A DNA stretch of 64,000 nt from NCBI GenBank assembly GCA_965153355.1, contig OZ231126.1, positions 25,482,001 through 25,546,000 of the forward strand, read 5' to 3'. Under the pieces are notes generated by a model. The model saw only the letters and a list, made by a program, of their open reading frames with translations. It was not told the DNA's origin and made no database searches. This DNA comes from Flaccisagitta enflata. Its lineage: Eukaryota. Made by a program: the position numbers and the translations under genes. Positions 13,741 through 27,213 of this stretch are shown here, piece by piece; the first letter of the stretch is position 1; every line of letters starts with the position of its first letter.

Positions 13741-15409
13741 CCAAAAATGGCTCAAAATAGCCGAAAATTGACTCCAAATCTAAAAAAATGTGCAAATTGA
13801 TTGTTTTTGATGTAAATGAGTCTCTTTGATGGGATCTGAACCCTGAAATTTCAGATTTTCAAATTTTGACCAATTTTGCCATTTTTTCATCAAAAATTAG
13901 GCCAATTTCAGGCACTTAGAACATGTCCCACTCACATTTAAACAAAAGCAAATAATTTTACAGGTCAAAACCCAGCTGTATGCAACTTTTCAGCTTAATT
14001 TGAAAATTTTTGACCAGTTTATACCCATTTTTCAAATTTCTTGTTGGTAGGGTAGTTGGGCCGGTCTGCAAATTGACTGCAAAATTTGGATCCAAGACAT
14101 CAAACATAATGTAAAGACACAGTCTCGTGCCAAAAATTGACATCCTCAGTCAATTTTGTTAAGAGATAATTTGATTTGTTTTTTTACCAAAAATAACATT
14201 TTTTGTATGTTGCTAAAAATGGTCAAAAATGACTGAAGGACCGCCAGGAACCAGACAAATCAACACTAGTCCCTGATTGTACACTAATAGGGGTACCAAA
14301 TTCTGCAAAAAAATTTTTGGGACTTTCTGGGGTTGTATGAGTTTCAGAACTACTTATTTTACATTTTGAGACAAAAAAAACCTAAAATTTGAATTTTTTC
14401 AATTTTTGCCCCAAAATTTAAAACTTATATCCAAATTTGTTTCCTCACATCGATAAAGGTGCTCAAGAGCTAACCAGCAAAAAAATCCGCATGTCAAAAA
14501 CACAATTTTTAGAGCCACAGTGACTATTTTTTCATCCGTATCTCTCGACAAAAAACAGTCTATTTTTCCCTCAAAAAATTCATCAATTTACGACTTTGAG
14601 ACGGTCGTGACGTCACTGTACCGCCAAAAAATGTCCAAAAATGTTGGTTTGGTCTTAGTTTACGTTTTTCCTCGCCCTCTAAATCAATGTTGATGCATAT
14701 TTCTCAAAATCAATTTTTGACCCCCCAAAGTTGGCCCTGTGTTCACTTTTTGTAGAGATACGGCACAGTGTAGTACCGCTTCTGATTCCATTGTTTGTTT
14801 GTTACTACTCCCCCCTCCCTTCTTTATTATTTTTTTTTTTATATATACTTTTTTTTTACTAGTCCCACTCTTTTCTTTCTGATGCCTACTCTTTCTCCAT
14901 CCACATAGCAAACTTTCGCTGGCTTTGAAATATGAGTCTAACAGAGGTTCTGACCCTGGCTTCAGACCCTCGCCGACCGACCTCGTAACTCATCTATGCA
15001 CGGGCGCAAACGCGCACACGTACGCACACATACGCAGCCCGCACGCATGTGCACACAAAGTCATGGACATGCGCGAGCAAATTTGGCAACGATATCAAAT
15101 CATCTCATTTTTAGGCTTCGTTGAGGTCATACATGAGGAAATTGAAAGTGAGATCCAGCCAACGAATAGCTATACAGCGGAGCACCGCTACAGCGCACCC
15201 GCCAATGGATAATGTTTGCCTGTGAGGCGTACTACCCACTGTCCCGTGAGGTATGTTGTAAGTATTCTTGTATTGAAAATAAGGCAGTCTCACCAAAAGG
15301 TATAATCATACTCATTGCCTTGAAAATTAAATGCGCACTAGTGAAGCTTAACTGAACGTATTTTGTTTAAAACAACAGCAGCAATAGAGGTAACGAAAAC
15401 GACGACAGA

Positions 15410-15731
<322 letters not shown>

Positions 15732-16029
15732 AGCTATGATGAAGATGGAATTTCGCCAGGCCTTTAGATCGGTGCCAGAGGGGGAAAATGCTGGTCGTCC
15801 GCGCCGGGGACAAAGCGTTTGGATGAATTTTGATTTATGAGGCAATCAAACAACGCAAAATTTGCACACCACGCAGGTTATTAGCTAACTGTGATGCTTG
15901 GGTGCTCCACATAGTAAAAGTAAAAGTAAAAGTAAAAGTAAAAGTAAAAGTAAAAGTAATAGTAAAAGTAATAGTAAAAGTAAAAGTAAGGGAGTAACCT
16001 TTCACCCTACATGGGTAATGTTAAGAAGT

Positions 16030-16237
16030 AACAAGGCCGGATACACGGCTACCCCAGTCGCGTGTGGGTGGGCAGGGGCCATAATTGAGGTTACCAGATC
16101 ATTTGGGCAGGAGCAGTGATGCCAAAAACCCCAAAAACCCAAAAAAAGTAAAGTGTGACGGAAGGACCGACGGACCGACGGACGGACCAACGGACCGACA
16201 AAGCGGGGTGTAGAGTCGCGTAGCGCGCGACTAAAAA
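16030..16237 (-). mobile_element. HINE family A, full copy
   Basis: AACAAGGCCGGATACACGG...GTAGAGTCGCGTAGCGCGCGACTAAAAA. Confidence 0.8.
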
Positions 16238-17108
16238 TCGTGAAGATGATCATTTTTCTTCTTTCAAAATTCCTTTATCTTCCGTTTTCGTTTTGGCCTT
16301 AAGGTTCCCAGAATTCAGAAAATCCTGTGTAGTTTTGTTACAAAAAGGATAATTATTTATTTTAGAAAATCATGATGTTTGTAAAAACAAATAAAAATAT
16401 CAGAACATAAGTTTTAAAAGAGAAATTTGTAAAAGTTGATTTAAAGAATGTTAGCATATTGTTTTATCCCACTGCATTATGCAAATTAAGTCCTCAAGAA
16501 CAAGTTTCCAAAAACAAAAGATGAATGATTTTTGATAAAAGAAAAGTGGTAATGGTCCTAAAATTAGCCCCTCCACATTAGGTAAAGAGGGTGAAAAGAA
16601 ATAACCAACTTTTGCTATGTGATGTGTGCACCCAACTGTGATGCGAAATGTTCTTTTAGTAGGAAAGTATGACGAAAATTTTTTTTTCTCCAAACCCCAA
16701 TTATTGGTATCAATCGATGCATAATATCAAGGCCTTTCGATTGATACCCCATAATGCATATTAGAACTTCTTTTCTAACATATTCAGCGCTATATTGCCT
16801 TGGCGCCGTTCTCGCCAGTCTGTTATGTTACTTTCTACGGATTGAAATTCATTTGGCGATGAAAATTCGACTTGAAACATGCAGGGTTTCCGTCCAAAAT
16901 GAATTTGTCACATCACCCACCCACTATTTTCCCGCAAATGCTCACTTAAGCCATATTTTACCATAATAGTGAAATGATGATGATCCGATAATTATTCTCA
17001 AAACTGCGGAGTGATTTTTAAAACATGTGGCACCGTAGCAATATGGCAACGTCGAGGGATGTGGGAAGGGGCAAGCGGTGGGGCATTGTCTTATCTTTAT
17101 CAATATCT

Positions 17109-17261
17109 ACAGTTGAACACCGATCGAACAGACCCGCCACAAACGGAATTCTGGCTAAATAACATTAAATTCATAGTCCCTTTATTGGTAATAAAAAAAA
17201 TCCACCTTTAACAGAAGAAAACTGTTGGTCCCCTAAAATTTGTTAGAGCGGGGTTCAACTG
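17109..17261. mobile_element. Tc1/pogo (Tigger-like) MITE
   Basis: TA-CAGTTGAAC(A)CCG ... CGGGGTTCAACTG-TA. Confidence 0.75.
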
Positions 17262-17690
17262 TATATTTATATCCCTCTCACTCTCTGATTAATAGAAAAA
17301 GGGTTGGACATTGCGACGGGTGGGCAACTCGATTCTCACAGTCTGACAGACCAATGCGATGGACTAGAGATGCAGAAGCGGTAGATTTTTGGACCGCTTC
17401 CGCTTCCCCTTCCAAAAGGCTTATTTGAGAATTGACAGCTTCCGCTTCCGCTTCCGCTTCCGCTTCCACCATTTCAAAAAGCATAGCTTCCGCTTCTGCT
17501 TCCGCTTCCACTATTTTAGAAGGCATAGCTTCCGCTTCCACTTCCGCTTCCGCTTCCACAGTGTTGAATGTTTCACTACAAAGTTCATTAAAGTTATATA
17601 AAAAGTTTTTTTCACATAAAAAAAGAGAGATCAAATAAGGAAGTATGAAAAATAATAGAAAATATGTTAATAACATAGATATCAATATAA

Positions 17691-17925
17691 TTTTTAGTCG
17701 CATGCACGCGGCTCTATGACCCGCTCTGTCCGTCTGTTGGGCCATCCATCGGTCCGTCCGTTGGTCCGTCACACTTAACTTTTTTCAGTCATTTTACGTC
17801 ATATTAAGTTATTTTATGTCATTTTAAGTTATTTCAAGACAACTTATATTTAGTTTTTTAGACTTTTAGTCTTTGAGTCTTATGGTCTTAACTACCACAC
17901 GCAACTGTAAGGTGTTGGCCTTGTT
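17691..17925 (+). mobile_element. HINE with 10-bp TAAGTYATTT core, nested in the hAT element
   Basis: TTTTTAGTCGCATGCACGCGGCT start, GTCC repeats, GGTGTTGGCCTTGTT end. Confidence 0.7.
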
Positions 17926-18305
17926 TAGCTGCTATTAGTTATTACAATGAGTTAAAATAATTATTTTGTCTTTATTTTTGAAAAAAAATCTTTTATTCTA
18001 TACCTTTCAATTAATCTTTGAAATCATTTTTTCTTGAATTTATATGTTTATTTATGATATCACTGGATCATTTACTTACTTTTTTTTTCAAATAATATGA
18101 AATTAAGTTTTAAGGTATATGAGTCTTGCTCCTTTCCAACTAATTAACCAACTGTTCCTGAAAGAAATCAATTCTTTTCAGCAAGTTCATTGTTTACTCA
18201 GAATTAATCCTAGGCAAAAAAAATCATGTCACTTACACATGTGTTCATTAGTGTATTCATAAGAAAGAGAGGGGGTTAGAGAGAGAATGAGTAAATGAAT
18301 GAAAG

Positions 18306-18400
<95 letters not shown>

Positions 18401-18417
18401 GTGAGAGAGAGAGAGAG

Positions 18418-18460
<43 letters not shown>

Positions 18461-18733
18461 AATAGATTGAGAGAGAGAGAAAGTGAAAGAGAAAGAGAGA
18501 AAAAGAAAGAGATAAAGAAAGGGAAAGAAAAAGAGAGATAAACTAACAGACAAAAAGAGATAGACAGACAGACAGAGAAACTCAGATAAAGAGACAAACA
18601 GAGACAAACAGAGACAAAGAGATGATGGAAAAATATACAAAAACAATGAGAAAAAAACTTGAAATCTAAGATGAATAAAAAAAAACACTAAGAGAAGAAA
18701 AAGATATTGAAAAATGAGTACTAAAATAAGTAC

Positions 18734-18869
18734 TAGGGATGTGGAAGCGATTGACCGCTTCCATTTTAAAGGATGGGATAGCTACTAGTATTTGAACTAC
18801 AAAATGAAAGCGGAAGCGGAAGCGGAAGCAGTGGAAGCGGCACTAAAATGGACCACTTCCACATCCCTA
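18734..18869. mobile_element. 136-bp hAT MITE nested in a related hAT element
   Basis: TIR TAGGGATGTGGAAG / CTTCCACATCCCTA; TSD ATAAGTAC / ATAAGTGC (7 of 8). Confidence 0.85.
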
Positions 18870-19387
18870 ATAAGTGCTATTGAAACTGACATAATTATTG
18901 TCAAAATGTTGACAAGATTTGAAATGAAAGCGGAACGGAAGCGGAAGGGGAAGCGTAAGCACTTGATTATGTCCTTTCGCTTCCGCTTCCGCTTCCATTA
19001 CGCATCAAAAAAACTTTTCACTTCCGCTTCCACTTCCACTTGATTCTAAAATTGCGCTTCCGCTTCCGCTTCCGCTTCCGCTTCCGCTTCCGCTTCCGCT
19101 TCCACTTCCATGCTCAAACTACCGCTTCCACCCGCATCCGCCTCCGCTTCCGCTTCTGCATCTCTACGATGGACCAATGGACCAACGGTCCAACGAACAA
19201 AATGTCCAATGGACCAACAGACCAACAGACATACGGACGGACAAACCCTCTTTTAGAGTTGCAGGTCCGCAACTAAAAATACAATAGCAAAATAGATACT
19301 GGTCATGAGTAAGTATATAGCGTTGGCTATGTGGATTTCGAATATGCTTGCTTGCTGAATAAAGTCATTAAATCATTGTTCAATTAA

Positions 19388-19784
19388 CTAAGGACGCGGG
19401 GGGCACAGTATTGTTGCGGACTAGTGGTCAAGGGCATACAAGCCCCATCCCATACACACTCAGTTGCAGCATCAAAAATGTGTGTTTTTGTATTTTTCAA
19501 CTCGATCATCACGGACTGATGGACCAACGGACGGACAAAGCCTCTTATAGAGTTGCGTGTCCGCGACTAAAAAAACAACTGCATAAAAGGCTGAAGATAC
19601 TGGCCATGGGAACGGAGACAAAAACAAGGCCGTATACACTTCCCCTCAGTCGCAGACGGGTGGGCAGGAGCAGAAATCCTTGGAAATCAAAAATGTGACT
19701 GACTGACCGACGGACTGACAGACTGACTGACCGACGGACTGACCGATACGGCAAGTTCTAGAGTCGTGTGTCCGCGACTAAAAA
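19388..19784 (-). mobile_element. Two adjacent HINEs (family B about 19388-19575; family A variant about 19624-19784)
   Basis: Both end in GTGTCCGCGACTAAAAA and carry GAC(T/C/G) microsatellite cores. Confidence 0.72.
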
Positions 19785-20339
19785 TATATGAGCGCATACC
19801 ACGAACTGTTAACTTGCATTTTCTGCGCAAGTTCCATGACGCTGCTTTGGTTAGCACTTTTTATGAGATGCCTGGTCTTCTTATTATGATCGCGTTACTT
19901 CGGATGAAATCGGAAAAAAAATGAAACCAGATTTGGAATCAGCAAGGTCAAAACTATATGTCCTGCTGAGTACAGCGGCGTACAGGCCTTTTTACAAGCT
20001 CGAAAGTGACTTATTCCATGGAAAGTCTCATTTCTCTAAACCTCACTTGTTTTTACTCGCTGAAAAATGACATTCTGACTCTATGGGCCCTTTCTACATG
20101 ATACTAAACAAGCAAAATAATTGATTAATCATTTTTTATCATTTTTTCATAGTCTGTTTGCTGGTTTAAAAAAACAGTCAACTTTTCTTCTAACCCGATC
20201 ACTCCACAATCTGCCGTGCAAATGTTTCTACTTTTAGACTAACTCCAGTATAAGTATCTTTATGTTGTCATGATTCTCAATTCGTTAAAGTATCTTTTTA
20301 GCAGTATGTTTGCATACGTTTAGGATGTTTGTCTTTTAT

Positions 20340-20562
<223 letters not shown>

Positions 20563-20893
20563 TCCGCATGTCTCGCCCAACCCCTTTTGCCTTGAGTATC
20601 GGCTGGTTATCACGATCCAAAGTAAAACCGCCCTCAAAAAAAAAAAAAAATATTAAAAACCAAAAAAGAAGAGAAAAGAAAAAAAATGAGTAAAAAAGAA
20701 AAAGAGATTAATGATGCGAAATGATTTTCACCATTTTGTCGGTTTATGTGAGCCGAAAAACTGTTTTCTAGTTTATACAAATTTTGAGAGTTTTTTTTCA
20801 TTCCTCATTCTTCAGTTTGAAGATTTTGTTTTGAAGAGTCAAACTTCCTTTCGCTCCAAAATGTTTCCTTACCACTTTTTTCCTTTAGTTGTG

Positions 20894-21193
20894 TTTAAGT
20901 TGCGAGCTACGCGAATCTACACCCCGCTTTGTCGGTCCGTCCGTCCGTCACAATTTACTTTTTTAGCCATTCTAAGTCACTCTAAGTTAAACTAAGTCAT
21001 TCTAAGTCATTTTAAGTCATATTACGCTACATTGAGTCACTTAAGTCAATTTGGTCAATCTAGTCGTTGTAGTCATTTTTTGTCTTTTTTAGTCATTCTA
21101 AGTCATCTTGAGTCCTTTTAAGTCATCTTGAGTCATTTAAAGTCATCTTAAGTTATAAGTGTCCCGCACGCGACTTATAGGTGTTTGCCTTTT
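20894..21193 (+). mobile_element. HINE with 10-bp TAAGTCATTY tandem core
   Basis: AGTTGCGAGCTACGCGAAT start, GTCC repeats, GCACGCGACTTATAGGTGTTTGCC end matching the element at 45731. Confidence 0.7.
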
Positions 21194-21620
21194 TCAAAGA
21201 AAATACTGCTGTCATTCTTTAAATCCACAAACTATTAAGTATCGAATTTCAACATTTTTTCATCAAACAAATCAGCATTATTTCACCCCATTTGATCGCT
21301 CACAATGTTTGCCCACTAGGACAGGTTGGACGGGCGGAGGGAGCATTTGTTACTCACCTCTCCCACCTTAATTTTCAATGATTCACCTACGCCTTTGTTT
21401 TCTCGGGGAAAAAAAAGAATGAGATAATGAGAATGAGTTTGAGGATGAGAGGGAAACAACAAACTAACACAACAAACGAAGAGAGAGGCGCTGGCCACAG
21501 CTTTGTTTTTTCTCTCTCCATTCTCTCTCAGACTAATTTCCGTATTGTTGGCACCGAAACTTCATCTGGGAAAGAATATGAATAAAGCTTTCTCGACCAT
21601 TTAAAAAAAAAGAAAAAGTC

Positions 21621-21659
<39 letters not shown>

Positions 21660-22117
21660 CTGAACCGGTTCGCTCTTTTTCCCCTAGGTTAGTTTGCATT
21701 CACGCGCCAACAAAATTTGCTTTGCTTCATCGGCCCCAAACGGATCGTCATTCAGTCGATCCTTCCATTCGTCCGTCCTTCCGTTCCTCCGCCCTTGTCC
21801 GAAAGGTTTTCCGGGTATTTTCGGCGTCAATGAACAAAGTCATTCGCGCAACAAATCTATGTCATAAATGCCCCTAAATGAATGCCTTGATGACTTTTCA
21901 TATCACTACCCTTCGCAGTGAACATTCCCATGTAACTAAGGCGTTTGCGTGTCCAGTCATGTTCGTTTCATCATACTGGCGTTCGTCGATGCGTATTACT
22001 TTTAGCATTCGCATTAGCCCAAACTACTTATCATCTAAAAGTAGACATCTCTCCGGAGATAAAATATTCTTGGCCTCAGGAGCCCCCTTTCCCCTGCGAG
22101 ACTGTTGTCAGGGAGAG

Positions 22118-22205
<88 letters not shown>

Positions 22206-22947
22206 AGACAGTCAGTTAGACAAAGACAAGAAGAAACATACAACGAAATGCAGAGACACAGAGTCATAGAGACAGAGACAAAGACAGAGAGAGTAGGAGA
22301 GAGAGGGATTCTTCGCAGATATTTTTCTTCACTCCCGTCCTTCTAATTTGCATAAATGTGTTTGTGAGTTTTCAACCTTCTTTGTCTGCCTTCAAGCATG
22401 TCTTGGTTCCCCATAGGATTCATTGTTTTCAAGCAGGTTGTCTTTGCTTTGTTTCGGAGTTGTTGGTTTGTTTGTTTTGCTAGTTTTCTTTTGTTTTTCT
22501 CTTGTTTTCCTTTTTGTTCATTATCCTTATTATTGTTGTTGCCTTTAAAACGGTTGATGGTAGATTTACTTATTATGTTTATCACTTTTCTTAAGTTTTT
22601 TAATGTAACTGTTCTCGTTCCATCCTACAACGCACATTTGTTTATGTTTTACTGTAAATGGAATCACATGGAAACCAGTCTATGCTTGAAAAAAACACAT
22701 TCGCGATAGATAAAACTATGTGCTAATGTTGAGGTGAGTTCTCAGATTCATAAATCATTAATACTGTAAAACAACCAAATGACTGCCTCGAAAGCGACGT
22801 CGATTCAGCTAGGTGCGATTATATTATCCAGCCTGCCGACAGTCTAAACACATACATTATTATGAATAGAACAGTTCTAAGAATGCCTTCATTCGCTTTT
22901 TTTCACCTCTTTTTTAACTCTGCTGTCTCTTTGGTTTCCATCTCTGG

Positions 22948-23176
22948 TTTTAGATGCCTCCTCGCATCTATATAGGAGGCTCTGTCTTTCCGTCTGTCCA
23001 TCCATCTGTCCGTCCATCCATCCATCTATCAGAAACGTCTGTGCTAAAAAACGCAGCATATTTAAGGTGTATCGAGAGGCTCGTTTTATAATCCATACCA
23101 AAATCACACATATTCTGCATGAAATTCACCACAGACAGTGACAGTCGGGACGCACCGTAGCCCAATCGGGCTTGTT
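22948..23176 (+). mobile_element. HINE (AGATGC...GCATCT type)
   Basis: TTTTAGATGCCTCCTCGCATCT palindromic start, (CCAT/CCGT)n core, AGCCC...GGGCT hairpin, CTTGTT end. Confidence 0.7.
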
Positions 23177-25613
23177 TCTCTATATTCCCTCTTCGTCCCC
23201 TTTTACTCTCAGCCTTTTCTTCCTTTTTTTCACGCTCCCACTTCCTACCACCTGCTTCCCATTTCCTCCAGTCTCCTTTCTTCCGTTTTTCTCCCCCCCC
23301 CCAATCAGTCCTTCCTTCACCTCCAGCCTACTCCCATATCCCCCCCCCCCCCCTATTTCCTATGCCGGTTGCTTTTGTCTTTAGCACCGACGGCTTTCGC
23401 TCTAATTACTTTTCTTCGTCTCTAATTACCCCCCTTCTTTTCGTTAGGAAAAAAAATATTCAATTGAGTTTGAAATAAAGCAAAGTTTTTGTTCCTTTAA
23501 GAATGAAAGGGGAAGTCCTTGAAAGGTACGTGAGATCTGAAGATGAAAGATAATCAAAGTTTTCTTGAGCGTTGCTAACATAAGAAGTCAAGAAAGGTTC
23601 CAAATCTAGCCAGATATGACGTTACGTAAGGGTGAGCTTGATGTAACAAAGAAGAGTTTTAAGTCCTTGTTAGAGCTTTATAAAATCTCCTTGTCCTTAT
23701 CTAATTGAATATTTTCTGTGTCGAGACATGCTATTTAATGGCAATCTTAGACGCCTCATTATGTGTCCGTCCCGAAGGGTGTAGTCTGGATACCAAAAGA
23801 CTTCACGCTTGAGAGTGGTTTTTGCACCATCGTTCCTGCCCTAGCGCACGCGGCCTTGATTTATCCACCTTTGTCGAGTTGGTGAGTGTTTCCAAACAGT
23901 ACTCAATGATCGGCCAACTGACCAACCAACCAACCAACCATCCCACCGAAAAGTGGTTTATTGAGTCGCGCGCAGTCAAAATTTCAATACCAAGGCCCGA
24001 TGTGCGCCTCGTCCTCTTATGTACAATACGATTGGAGCAACGAGGACCTCAGATGGAGGGTCATTTCCTGCGTCACTATTCTAATGGAGTAACTTGATCT
24101 ATGGTTTTTCTGAAAGCTGATGGGTAATCAAACCATTGCTTTTACTACAGTGTTTTTTCCATTCTATTGTTTATTTCGCATATTAAACGGACATTCCGAG
24201 GTAGAAATGATGATGATTTTGCTACCTGAAGCTATGGTGGTAACACTGTTGATGTGACATGTTAGGGGTACCTGAATCAACAATCTGCCGCAAGAAGTGA
24301 ATGGAAATGTACCCTTGTTTTCTTTTGGAAATTTAAAACGTCGACGTCCGTACAAATAACGAAGAATGGTGGAGGAAGCGACTTGAGGAACATAATGTAG
24401 AGCCATAGAACGAGGAAAAAAAGATATTTTTAGAACAGTATAAAAAAGCTGAAGAAAAGTGCAAGAAAGCAAAAGGAAAGAAAATTGAAAAGAAAAGAGG
24501 AAAAGATGGAAAGACGAAATTGGCGAAGAGTGAAAAAGTTGTCGAAAATTTGCCAAAGGGAGAAACTTTGCGACAGAGAAAAGGAAAACCGTTTATTTCC
24601 ATTAAGACGCTGAAAAGAAACTCGCGATTAGGTTTTGTTGACAGCCACCCTCTTCTCACAGAAAAAAGGAGCAATAGAAACACACCCACAGTCACCTAAA
24701 CCCATCCATAGCCAAAAACGGCCACCTATACTCACCCATAGCCATCCATGGCCACCCAAAACCACCCAAGCAACCTTAATCTCATGTAGAGGGACACCCA
24801 TGTCTACTTACAGCTACCTACCCATCTCAAGGAAATAAGTTACCCGGACTTACAATATTGTTGGGGACGGGCGAGCAGAAGCTTACAACCCTTTCCCCCA
24901 CCCTTTCCCCCCACACAGCCAGAAATAGAAAGCCACCCTTTGACACAAGCACCCATCCGAGCCACCTTTCTCTCAGAAGGGTGAGATAGAGCGCCAATAA
25001 CCACCCACTCTTTTTGAAATGACATTAAAGGGTACCCAAAGCGAACCTACAGCTGCCCACCTCTTAGAAAGGAGGCAAAGGACGATATTTGCCAGACGGA
25101 AGGAAGGGAAAAGCGTATGTGAAAAAAGTGTAAAAAAAAAGGGAAGAAAACGAAAAATACATAGAATTGCATGTGATTGAAATTCTAATCGATCGACCGT
25201 TGAACCAATACACCAAAATATGTAGGCAAGGGACAGACCGAGTGAATGAATAAAATGCTGATTGGTTTGGACAAACGAAGAAAGAATATCACTTTTATTT
25301 TGATATTCTAGGCAGGAAAAAATGGTCTGCGATGAATTAGATTGCCCTATAGTTAGACGATGAACGTACTGTATCAATTTGCTGTATCAATTTGCTGTAT
25401 TTACTGTATTCCCTCCTCTATCCTTCTTCCTTTGCCAGCTTTTTTCACCTCATATTCTGGAGTTTCATTCTCGACTGAGCTAAATCTCCAGATATTTCTT
25501 CGTTGGTTACGATGTTGACAGCAGATGTCGAGTACAGTTGGGCACGTGCACTCTCAGTCTCACAGTGTCTCACAGTCTCACAAATATGCTCACTAACACA
25601 CTCCCATCTCCCA

Positions 25614-25721
<108 letters not shown>

Positions 25722-25800
25722 GAGACTCTCACTTTTTTCTTCCTTTTCTCCTTTTTTTGTTGATTTTTTTCCCCGTCTTATACTTTTTTCTTCTTCCTCC

Positions 25801-26458
25801 TTTTTGGGCAGCGGCCCCAAAGGTCCGATGTCCTGTAGGACACAGGGGTGAATTTCCAGACGTCCGTACGTACGTCCGTCCGTCCGTACGTCCCCCCCCC
25901 CGAGGCCCCTCTCAGACCCCAAATCAGCCCTCTCAAGCCCAAAATCAGCCCTCTCAAGCCCAAAATCAGACCTCTCAGGCCCAAAATCTGCCCTCTCAAG
26001 CCCAAAATCAGGCCTCTCAAGCCCAAAATCAGCCCTCTCAGGCCCAAAATCAGCCCTCTCAGACTCAAAATCAGCCCTCTCAGGCCCAAAATCAGCTCTT
26101 TCAGCTCCAAAATTAGCTCCAAATTAGCCCCAAATCAGCCCTCTCAAGCCCAAAATCAGCCCTCTCAAGCCCAAAATCAGCTCTCTCAGGCCCAAAATCA
26201 GTCCTCTCAGGCCCAAAATCAGCCCTTTCAGCTCCAAAATTAGCTCTCTAATACCCTAAATCAGCCTTGTCAGGCTCAAAATCAAGCATGTCAGCCCTTT
26301 AATGTGCCTTCTAAGGACGTCTGGAAATTCACCCCTGTGTCCTACAGGACATCGGCCCTTTGGGGCCGCTGCCCTGCTCTCACTATACTTCTTCAGCTGA
26401 TCACTCCTAGCAGGGCATCGGGTACCGCTGACCATGTGCGATCCTTGGATGACTAGTT
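25801..26458 (+). mobile_element. HINE-like family C, subfamily 2
   Basis: TTTTTGGGCAGCGGCCCC start; ~60-bp arm inverted at 26317-26374; 21-bp CTCTCAAGCCCAAAATCAGCC repeats; GCAGGGCATCGGGTACCGCTGACCA 3' block. Confidence 0.8.
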
Positions 26459-26651
26459 TCTCTGTCCCATCTTGTTTCCAGGATCCAGAATTTTTGTGAC
26501 AAGTATCACCGACATTCGACTGCGCACCGTAGCGTGTTCTTTCAGTTGCTCCTTTGGTTGCTGCAGCTCTTTTTCAAGTTGCAGCATCATCAATATTCGA
26601 CCGAGAACCCTGGCATTGTGGCATCGCCATTCACCTGCAGTAACACAGTGG

Positions 26652-27038
26652 TAACGATCAACTAGCTGCAGCAACGCAGCAGCAAATATTAACCAGCTGC
26701 AGTAACAAAAAAAGCAACGATTAGCTACATAGCTGCAGCAACAAAGTAGCAAAGTAGCAACGATCAACTAGCTGTAGCTGCACAGCAGCAACGATCAACT
26801 AGCTACAGCAATACAGCAGAAATATCCACCAGCAGCATCAACACAGCAGTAAAGATCAACCAGCTGTAGCAACGCAACAGAAATGATCAACTACATAGCT
26901 GTAGCAACAAAGTAGCAACGTTCAACTAGCTGCCGCAAAACCACAGCAACAATCAACTAGCTGCAGCGACACAGTGGGAATGATCAACCCGCTGCTGCAA
27001 CCCAGTGGAAACGATCAACCAGCTGTAGCAACGCAGCG
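26652..27038. repeat. Degenerate minisatellite, about 31-bp unit (AACGATCAACTAGCTGCAGCAACGCAGCAGC)
   Basis: About 12 degenerate copies. Confidence 0.8.
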
Positions 27039-27173
27039 GTGCCGGCCATCCAGGTGCCGCCGCATCTCCGTGATTAATCGAAAATTTACCTCGTCAGTAA
27101 CGAGCGGGGAGAGGTAAAAATCTGAAGACAATGCGGTGGCAATGAGTGCTTGGAAGAAGGAGGAAAGGAGAGG

Positions 27174-27213
<40 letters not shown>

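Larger units (their letters stand above)
11583..14770. mobile_element. Non-autonomous DNA transposon, Transib-like (CACTGTG termini, 5-bp TSD)
   Basis: Left CACTGTGTCATAT; right reverse complement CACTGTGCCGTAT; TAGTA on both flanks (11578-11582, 14771-14775); no transposase ORF. Confidence 0.7.
17365..19166. mobile_element. Non-autonomous hAT element with (CGCTTC)n subterminal repeats
   Basis: TIR TAGAGATGCAGAAGCG / CGCTTCTGCATCTCTA; perfect 8-bp TSD CGATGGAC (17357-17364, 19167-19174). Confidence 0.92.

Noticed and set aside
15913..16025. (AGTAAA)n as the 3' tail of a truncated LINE
   Set aside because: Only about 35 bp of adjacent sequence and no RT similarity, so it cannot be supported.
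17278..17772. EAEAEA / ASASAS / RFRFRF ORFs
   Set aside because: Translations of the (CGCTTC)n hAT subterminal repeats.
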